A stretch of DNA of 63,832 bases, the filler included, from Octopus bimaculoides (taxonomy: Eukaryota), in assembly GCF_001194135.2 (NCBI RefSeq). It is 6 parts of 4 records of this genome, joined end to end, with 100 filler letters (N's around TTAATTAATTAA, not from the genome) between each part and the next. Parts side by side here need not be neighbours in the genome. Positions count along the whole stretch, not along the records: positions 39,991 to 55,552 come from NC_068983.1; positions 55,653 to 62,034 come from NC_068988.1; positions 62,135 to 63,832 come from NC_068983.1; 3 more parts are not named here. One strand, written 5' to 3'. The position numbers were made by a program, and so were the translations under genes. Below the pieces are notes generated by a model. It made no database searches. It had not been told where the DNA came from and worked only from the letters and a program-made list of their open reading frames with translations. How positions within the stretch are numbered: the first letter of the stretch is position 1; each line of letters begins with the position of its first letter. Below are positions 54,581 to 63,832 of this stretch, piece after piece.

Positions 54581-54602
54581 AAACATTATTACATACATAC
54601 AT

Positions 54603-54889
54603 TGAACTATTGAGAAATCAATAGTTACTCTATCCAGATTACAAGTTCAGGTTTATACCTGTATTTATTGGGTCACTTGGATATGTAACAAATTGCCTAA
54701 GTACCAATCTTGAGAAATTAGGCTTCTCAAAACCAGAAAGGAGAAAGCTGATTCGAAGACTACATATCCAAGCCATCATTGCAACTGTAAGAATTTGTAA
54801 AACTTTCCAGAAGTTTATCATTTAAGTATATATGACCATATCTAGATAAACAAAACATACAAATCTGCATATATACATGCATACATACA

Positions 54890-54922
<33 letters not shown>

Positions 54923-55041
54923 GCATACATACAAAAAAAACCTGTTGGTGATGTTGAAATTCCAATAGAGGAACCTTTGGATCTAGGTTAGAAACTGGTT
55001 CTTTCTCTGTTGGCAAGAAATCTTGAAATAAAACTGAATAA
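54603..55041 (+). mobile_element. 5'-truncated RLE-type LINE 3' end, subfamily 2, in an (ACAT)n tract
   Basis: ELLRNQ*LLYPDYKFRFIPVFIGSLGYV...LGFSKPERRKLIRRLHIQAIIATVRICKTFQKFII*. The apparent 3' UTR contains (CATA)n and ends aaactgaataa before further ACAT-like repeats. Confidence 0.75.
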
Positions 55042-55191
55042 GACGTACTTAATACATAGATGCATACATACGCACATACAAATATATACATACATATACA
55101 GGCGTGACATGGTTCCGGATTCAACCCTACTACGTGGCACTTTGGACTCCTAGACATGATATACGCCTACATGTGTGTTTGTGAGTATGTG

Positions 55192-55263
<72 letters not shown>

Positions 55264-55738
55264 TGTGTGTAACTTTGTAACTGTGTCACCCACACCACTT
55301 GAAAACCGTTGTTGGATTGTTACATCCTCGTTACTTAGTAGTTCGGCAAGAAGGACCGGTAGAATGGGGGGGGGGTCGATCTGTTTGACTAAAACCTTTC
55401 ACAATGGTCTCTCAATGGCTGCAGTCCAATGAGCGAAACATGTAAAAGATAAAGAAGAATATGTCTTCCAATATCTTATTTATTTATATTAACCATACAA
55501 AATATATTTTCTGAACATACATTGAACAAAATCTGTTTATTGTGATATATGCNNNNNNNNNNNNNNNNNNNNNNNNNNNNNNNNNNNNNNNNNNNNTTAA
55601 TTAATTAANNNNNNNNNNNNNNNNNNNNNNNNNNNNNNNNNNNNNNNNNNNNATATATATATATACACATATATATATATACATATATATATATACATAT
55701 ATATATATACATATATATATATACATATATATATACAC

Positions 55739-55787
<49 letters not shown>

Positions 55788-56069
55788 CATATATATATAC
55801 ACATATATATATATACATATATATATTTATATACATATATATATATACATATATAACAAATAATTAATGAGCATATGCATATATACGTACAGGTATGTGC
55901 ATACCTACGTCTACCTGTATATATAGGTGCATATCTGGGTACAAGACATTGCAAACAAAACGTAAACAAAAAATAATAATAACCAGAGTACAGAAAACAC
56001 ACAGGCCACATAGAGAACATTTTCCTTCATCATATACATATATATGTACATATATATATATGTACATCA

Positions 56070-56400
56070 TCATCATCATCGTTTAACGTCCGCTTCCATG
56101 CTAGCATGAGTTGGATGATTTAACTGAGGACTGGCAAGGGTGATGGCTGCACCAGGCTCCAATCTGATCTGGCAGAGTTTCTACAGCTGGATGCCCTTCC
56201 GAACGCCAACCACTCCGAGAGTGTAGTGGGTGCTATTACGTGCCACCGGCACGAAGGCCAGTCACATGGTACTGGCAACAGCCTCGCTCAAAAGGTGTTT
56301 TTTACGTGCCACCTGCACGGGAGCCAGTCCAGTGGCAACGACCTCGCTCAAATGATTTTCTAATGGGCCACGAGCACAGGTGCTAGAAGGCAACGCTGGT
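56070..56400 (-). mobile_element. Retroposon family E 3' end with (GAT)n tail (SINE or RTE-like LINE end)
   Basis: ...gaagggcatccagc...catgctagcatggaagcggacgttaaacgatgatgat. Related pieces at 34130-34250 (-) and 37031-37190 (+). Confidence 0.7.
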
Positions 56401-59400
56401 AATTATTACACTCAAATGGTGCTATTTNNNNNNNNNNNNNNNNNNNNNNNNNNNNNNNNNNNNNNNNNNNNNNNNNNNNNNNNNNNNNNNNNNNNNNNNN
56501 NNNNNNNNNNNNNNNNNNNNNNNNNNNNNNNNNNNNNNNNNNNNNNNNNNNNNNNNNNNNNNNNNNNNNNNNNNNNNNNNNNNNNNNNNNNNNNNNNNNN
56601 NNNNNNNNNNNNNNNNNNNNNNNNNNNNNNNNNNNNNNNNNNNNNNNNNNNNNNNNNNNNNNNNNNNNNNNNNNNNNNNNNNNNNNNNNNNNNNNNNNNN
56701 NNNNNNNNNNNNNNNNNNNNNNNNNNNNNNNNNNNNNNNNNNNNNNNNNNNNNNNNNNNNNNNNNNNNNNNNNNNNNNNNNNNNNNNNNNNNNNNNNNNN
56801 NNNNNNNNNNNNNNNNNNNNNNNNNNNNNNNNNNATATATATATATATATATATATATACATACATATATATATATACACACATATATATATATACACAT
56901 ACACATATATGCATACAGAGATATAGATATATAACTATAGCTCTAAGTTAACTCTTTCTATATTAGAAACATTGAGTATAATTTTCAATTCAGACTTTAT
57001 TTGAAATGTTATGTTAATAAAATTGTTAATAACTCTTCTTTAATTTAGGCACAAGGCCGACAAGTTTGAGGGGTGGAAGTTAGTTAAGATGGAAAGTAAA
57101 CTTAGCCCCATCAGTATTTGAACTCAGAATGAATAGACCCAAAATAAACACTACACGGTATATTTCCTGATAGTCTGTATGATTTTGCCAATTGACAATG
57201 GAATATATCTGGTATTTTTCCTCTATAAAAGGCCACAGAAGTATATAAATAAATTACAGAAGTTTTAAATATTTCACTATCAGATAATTTATAGTTATGA
57301 AGATTGAGAATCTATCATCGTTATTATTATTAATATTTAAGAAGCTAACTAATTAGTAAGTATATCTGATAATGTCAGACTATATCCTTCCTTAAGTTTT
57401 TACTCTTGTCTTTCTCAACCAAGCAGCATTACATATCATGAAACGAAATTTAGTTAATAAGCATCCAAGCTGGCAAGACAATTTTCATTATTAAAATAAT
57501 TTTGAATTGCAACAAAAATTTATCTGTTTTGAGTACCTCTAACATAGGCCATCTTGTTGTATACATTTAGTCTTAGATCTGAGGGTTAATTTGCACCCTT
57601 TCTCTAAACCAGTAACAAGTGACAATGAAAAGTATCATGGGTATTTACTTCTCCCTCTGTTTTAACAGTAAAACCACTGCTACTACTACTACACCCAGTT
57701 CAATTATATATGCCTACAAACATGCTAAATGAATCACACTTGTGTATCACCATTCTCACTGAGCACACTGCATATGTTTACCTAATTTGGCCTTTGATAT
57801 TCACTACTAGATTGATGTTGATTAATAAAACAATCTTTTAAAAATTCAGTGAGCCTGTGGTCAACTTGTGCATATAACAAACATTTCTGTCAGGTTTGTT
57901 TTGTTTAAACGAAACATTATTTATGATGATAGAGCAAGGTTTTCTAATTTAACATTGATTAGCGCTACCTGTAGAAATTCCATGGGCCATTTTATAGTAC
58001 AGAGTCAGTCATAAACATCTCCTCACTAAGTAAAAATATCTTTGATTTCTTCCACAATCCTTTGATGAATTCTCAGGAATTCTTGTCTATTCCCCTTAGT
58101 CATGTTTTTTTCTTCAAGCCTGTTTTGTCATTCTGGCTTGAGCAAAATATTCTTGCCTACCATCATCACTCATGTTTTGCCTTCTCTTTTAATTAACAAT
58201 TCTTATATTTTTCCCTATTAGCTTCAGCTTCATCATATGGTACCTTCCTCACACATACATATGGACACTAATACTATGTGCACATACAAACATATCCTTA
58301 TTCTCTGTCACACACACAGAGCCAATTGTTGTCTACATGTGTGTGCACAAATAGTGTACATATGTGTACATGTGTCAGCAGAATTTGTTTGAACCTCTCC
58401 CTCTCTATTTCTCTCTCTCACACACATTTCGCATTCCCTTTCTACAGCATAAGAGATTTTTTACACCACAGGAATATATTGTTAGCATAATAATAGGTAA
58501 AACTTTTCTTTTTTAAATCTAACCTTTCACTCAATATCAAACTTTAAAAAAAATTTTATTATCTCTGACATATAAACACCACAGGGTATTGACTCTTGTT
58601 ATCATTGAATTTATATTTAACAAAGAAAATTCAGATTTTAACTCTCTATATATGCCAACTAATGTTAAGTATTTCTCATCACTAATTCTGGTCTAAAGAA
58701 GTAGTTTTCAAAGCACTAAGCACCTTATATGTCAGGTTTCTAAGTTCCACAGTATTAGTTAGATTTTAAAATTAATTTCAGGTAGTCATTTTTTTACATA
58801 CAAAATTTAAATCCAGACCATTTATTTTTATACTCTTACAGGGATTGTAACATAGCATAAATGTTAAGGTTCTCAGTTAATCTAATATACTGATGAACAT
58901 GTACCTCTCCCTCTCTCATATACATATATATATATATATATANNNNNNNNNNNNNNNNNNNNNNNNNNNNNNNNNNNNNNNNNNNNNNNNNNNNNNNNNN
59001 NNNNNNNNNNNNNNNNNNNNNNNNNNNNNNNNNNNNNNNNNNNNNNNNNNNNNNNNNNNNATATATAATACACCCATGCTATAACCTACTATATGAGTGC
59101 TTGTTCTATTTTTCCCTGACATGAAAACTTATTGGACAACTGTGTGTGTGTGTTTGCGTGTGAGAAAGAATAGACCGATAAAAAAACTTATTGTAGAATG
59201 CAGAAACAAAGTGAAGTTAATAGGGTGGAAATGTAGAATTATTCTAGTGCAAAGACATTTTTGGAATTTCGATATGTAATATTTTAACAGGACATTGCAA
59301 AAACATCATTTCTATATGATGTTTTCTTTGATGCAATTAGAATTCTTTATTTGGCCTTTTTTTAAAAAAATTCTTGCAACTTCCATTTTAAAGTTAAATT

Positions 59401-59957
59401 AACTGCAGGGAAAAATATATCAGGGAATTTTAGTGAAGAAAAGTTATCATTAATTTCTTAATGTATATCAATGAAAATTACAGTATTTCAGAAAATACAT
59501 AAAATAAATGTAATGAAACTGTTTAGAAATAAGATATCTTCATATCAGAGAATTATTTAGGCAATAAAAACAGATTAATAAACTAAATATTTTAGAATTA
59601 ATAAAAAAATTTTAATTAATATGAATTTAGAATGTTTCTTTTTTCACTAAGATAAAGATAAAATACATTTTATAAATTTTCTCTTTTTTTTAAAATTAAT
59701 TTTTGCTGAGAAATTAGTATAATCTCTCCTTTAATTTTCTTTTAAAAATAATAATTGCTGGGGGAATAAAAGCTTTGATACAAACTAAAATTCAAAAAGA
59801 AAATATTGTAAACAATATTATCCTTGCAACAAGAATACAAGAAGAACCATTTACTTATTGGTGTTCTTGCATACAAATTAGGATGGAGTTTATTCCAATC
59901 ACTGGAAGTCACTGACGGTTGAACGGTGCATTTACAGTCACTTATTGAGAATTGGCT

Positions 59958-60375
59958 TCAGAGAATGTTATCATAATCTTCATCTGCATCCATGTCTCCT
60001 TCTAATAACTCCTCTTCTTCTTTTTCTAAACGGTCAACATCTTGACTTTCTTTTGGAGGTCTTGTAGTAGTTAATAGGCACTGTTCATCATCTTCCTCAT
60101 CTTCCTCATCATCATCACTTAAACCAATGATCTCTTGTGGTGGAGATTCATCATATTCTTCTTCATCTCCATCATCATCATCGTCATCATCATCATCTGC
60201 ATCTTCAGCTACCATTTCCTGGTCATTTTGGCACTTCTGGAATGTTAGAATACAATGGTCGTTGCTATCAAAAAGCTTCTGTAGATTTTTTCTTTGACGA
60301 ATCCCTCGTTCCAGTCTGCGAATATCAAGAAAGTCTGGGGCTTTACAGTTGAGATCTGTTAGAATGTGGTCCCAC
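59958..60375 (-). CDS. Terminal coding exon of an unidentified protein with an Asp/Glu-rich C-terminal tail
   Basis: Acceptor catttctctttag|G, phase 2. Reads WDHILTDLNCKAPDFLDIRRLERGIRQRKNLQKLF followed by acidic tracts and a stop. AATAAA about 65 nt downstream (59889-59894). Confidence 0.8.
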
Positions 60376-61539
60376 CTAAAGAGAAATGACAAAAATTCAT
60401 CATCACAAAACACTTTGATTAACTTGCATAAATGTTAAAAAATTAAAATGGTTTTATGAATTATAGAGAATCATGTGGCTAGTGTTTATTGGTTCTGCTG
60501 TCTTTAGTGTTACATTGAGGAAGAACAAGACTGTTGCTATATCAGTAGCTAGTCACAAGGTGACATTCCAGGAAAATTCTAATAGTTAAGAATCAATAAA
60601 TGGATATACTAAAATTGAATGTGAGAAAATAAGCAACATTTACACATGAATAAATTTTTAATAAAGCTAACTGATAGAACTGACAAACATATTTTGTAAA
60701 TATATGAAAAATTTAGATTTCTGGAATCTGAAAAAATATTAAATGAATTTTAATTGGTAGTAAATAATTCTGTAATTCTTTTCATTGCAATAAATAATTA
60801 GATATGAAAATGTTTTGTTATATTCCCATCAATTATATTAATAATTGTGCCTTTAGTTGAAAAGGTAAAGTTTCAAACAGTCTTTACCTAAATTCAAACC
60901 ATGATGAGCCTTGCCATTTTCGCAAACAAGCAGTTGTCAAATTCTATTTCTCTTCATAGATTTCTGCTGTACACTATGCTTCAATTAACTATTATCTGCA
61001 CCAATCTCACCTCCAACCAGTTCTATTTACCCTAAACATACACTTTTATTAAATAAGAATATAAGAAAAATAACCAAGATTTAAGTGATGTGAACGTAAA
61101 GCCTTTAATATGGCTTGTACTCAATATCAGTTAAAAATGACAATAATTAAAATTGTTGCTGTATTAAGTCACAACATCACTCCATATTTCTTGACCTGTT
61201 CAAATCTCTAGATCTCTAGCTATTCCAGTCTTGGCCCTGTCAGCTGCATTAAATGTTTTATTTCCTGGTCTTATGTCATTCAAACTTTTCTAATATGACA
61301 ATATAAACTAATTGCCTTCTGAAAAATCTTAGAAGTTAGATTTTAGCAAAGAAGCTTAGTCATTGCAGTCTTTTATGAAAGAAAAGTAATCGAGGAAATA
61401 AAATGCTATGTTTTATGAATGAGATCGAGGCTGCAGAGAATAAGTGTATTTTGATTAAAAGGTAAACTGAGTGGTGTGTAGTGTATGTTAATACAATATT
61501 TATTGCAAAGATAAATTATAAAAATAATGAGTTACTTAC

Positions 61540-61623
61540 CTCTTACACTGTAAACTGGGGTATTTGCTGCTGGTGTCTCCCAAAATAATCCATGTCTCTA
61601 GGTCACCAGAACATAAATCAGAT
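61540..61623 (-). CDS. Penultimate 84-nt coding exon of the same unidentified gene
   Basis: ttattatag|ATCTGA...TAAGAG|gtaagt. Reads SDLCSGDLETWIILGDTSSKYPSLQCK(R) and joins the 60375 exon in phase (AG|G = Arg). Confidence 0.72.
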
Positions 61624-61636
61624 CTATAATAACAAC

Positions 61637-61668
<32 letters not shown>

Positions 61669-61675
61669 TAATAAT

Positions 61676-62034
61676 CTGCTCTCAGGAGGTCAAGCAAATG
61701 GAAGGCTCCAGGAAAGGATAAAATTCCTAACTTCTGGTTGAATGCCTTCCCAGAGAGCCATGAACTGCTAACAAAACTTTACAACGATGTTTTGCAAAAT
61801 CCTAGATTGATGCCCTCTTGGCTAGTCAATGGTTTAACATTCCTGCTTCCAAAAAATGAGGAAACAAACGAACCAAAAAATTATCGACCCATAACCTGCT
61901 TAACAACAATGTATAAAACGCTAACATCTGTTCTGACTGAATATACCTAGAGTTTTTTAATAGAAAGTAGCATATTTCCTAATGAGCAAAAGGGATGTAA
62001 ACGTGGATCTTATGGTTGTAAAGATCAGCTACTC
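61676..62034 (+). mobile_element. RLE-type non-LTR retrotransposon RT N-terminal fragment (R4/Dong-like), cut off by an assembly join
   Basis: SKWKAPGKDKIPNFWL...NYRPITCLTTMYKTLT...EQKGCKRGSYGCKDQLL with a single stop codon. Begins directly after (AAT)n. Confidence 0.88.
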
Positions 62035-63614
62035 NNNNNNNNNNNNNNNNNNNNNNNNNNNNNNNNNNNNNNNNNNNNTTAATTAATTAANNNNNNNNNN
62101 NNNNNNNNNNNNNNNNNNNNNNNNNNNNNNNNNNATATATATATATATATACGTTTATATATATATATATACGTTTATATTTATATAAGGGGCATTATTA
62201 CAGAATAATAATGCCACACAATGTTTACTATAATTTTGGGAATTTTGATGGAAACGTTGATGGAAAGCATTCTTTATGAAAATTTCCATACAAAATTTTT
62301 GAAGCATGTGTAATTTATACAGCTTTTATAACATGGACCATTTATCAGATTTTCAGTGTCAAAATAGTTTATTCAATTAATTTAAATTAGTATTCTTTAA
62401 TTTCTTTGAGTTTTTATTGGAAAATGAACATTTTTTTTTTTCTTAAATACAGAATTTTACAGAAACAATGAAAAATTTGTCGTGAAGAACTAACCCTATT
62501 GAATTGGATGTTTTCGCATTCATTTTTGCGTTTGCACATCCACTTTTGCTCTTATAATGAAATAAGTAATATAAACGTTCACAAAAAAATACATTTACCA
62601 TTTCTTTAACAGTTACAAGATAATTAATTATTGATGTATGGATTCAATTAGGTAAGAAAATTATTTATAACAAGCCATATAAAAATTCTAAATATGAATT
62701 ATCACTTAACATATTTTTTTGTAGAATCAGATGAGATACATGCATTTCACAATTAAGAACTTATGAAATCACACGAACTTTTTATGAGTGAACTAGAGTT
62801 CGAATTTTATCTCTTATTATTTTGTACATCAGACAAGAATCCATTTTTGATGGCTAGAATGTTTTTGTTTTTTTATCACAACACCAACTCTAATTCAACG
62901 CTTTCAGGTCATGCCAAACTCATCCCGTTCATTGAAGTAAAGTGTACTTTGCATCACAAACCAACATATTTTTAATTATTTATTTATTGCTTGCAATGAT
63001 TGAAATGGATTGACTGTGAATTGGTACTTCAAATGGGTCAAGCAACCCTATAAAGTGACCTTTACTGTATCAAGAGGAATAATATGGATTGAAATGAGTG
63101 ATGTGCAAGAATATGTATTTTAATGGTGTCGCATCGTTTAAAGAAAAACGCAGCAATAGAGTACAAAACTAAATAGAGCAATTCACTAAAACCGACGCTT
63201 TATCTCTTCTTTTAAAATAAGGACGGGATGTTTTGAAAAAGAATTAGTGTAGTAGATAATTTTCATCTATGAAGATAGCTGGAATTTCATTAGTAGGAAG
63301 GGGTGTAAGCTTTGATCGATCTCAACTGAGTCTTGTGAAAGCTAACATCCTTTAATAATAATGAAATGCAGGTTCAACAAATCAATTTCTTAATTTCTTA
63401 CATTGGAAAACACGATTTCTACGCAGTCTCAATGCCAGTTACACATCGATTCAGTTCGTTTGTGTTGAATAATAAAATCTACGAAATATAGAGCAATGTA
63501 TAACTAGGAGAAAATCAATATTATAGTTATACGTAACAAGAAATATAGTTTGCAGTTTGAACTCAGAATTAATTTCGTGAATAAAAATAAGGATAATAGT
63601 GATAGTGCCGGTTG

Positions 63615-63616
<2 letters not shown>

Positions 63617-63646
<30 letters not shown>

Positions 63647-63707
63647 CTTCTTCTTCTTCTCTTCCTCCTCCTCCTCTTCTTCTTCTTCTTCTTCTTCTTC
63701 TTCTTCT

Positions 63708-63742
<35 letters not shown>

Positions 63743-63832
63743 TTCTTCTTCTCCTCCTCCTCCTTCTTCGTCTTCTTCTTCTTCTTCTTCTTCTTCTTCT
63801 TCTTCTTCTTCTTCTTCTTCTTCTTCTTCTTC
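63617..63832. repeat. (CTT)n/(CCT)n microsatellite running to the window end
   Basis: Directly visible. Confidence 0.97.

Overview
AT-rich, microsatellite-saturated eukaryotic DNA, most likely an Octopus genome. That identification is inferred from the HCDICGKSF-type effector-less C2H2 zinc-finger genes, the SINE families and the repeat load. Five artificial 100-bp joins (44 N + TTAATTAATTAA + 44 N) split the window into six pieces whose adjacency is not guaranteed. The piece at 25398-39890 holds three single-coding-exon C2H2 genes. Two of them (ZNF-A on +, ZNF-C on -) are the arms of a roughly 11.5-kb inverted duplication around the third (ZNF-B on -). The last two exons of an unidentified gene with an acidic tail lie on - at 59958-61623. 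The rest is mobile DNA: at least five SINE-like families, microsatellite-associated restriction-like-endonuclease (RLE) LINE fragments at (TAA)n and (ACAT)n, a CR1/L2-group LINE 3' end, a Penelope GIY-YIG fragment with hammerhead-like motifs, mariner/Tc1/pogo/hAT/piggyBac-type MITEs, a 625-bp fold-back, a 74-nt hairpin and a degenerate ~37-bp minisatellite. All alignments, identities and family assignments were made by eye or from recall; no database search was run.
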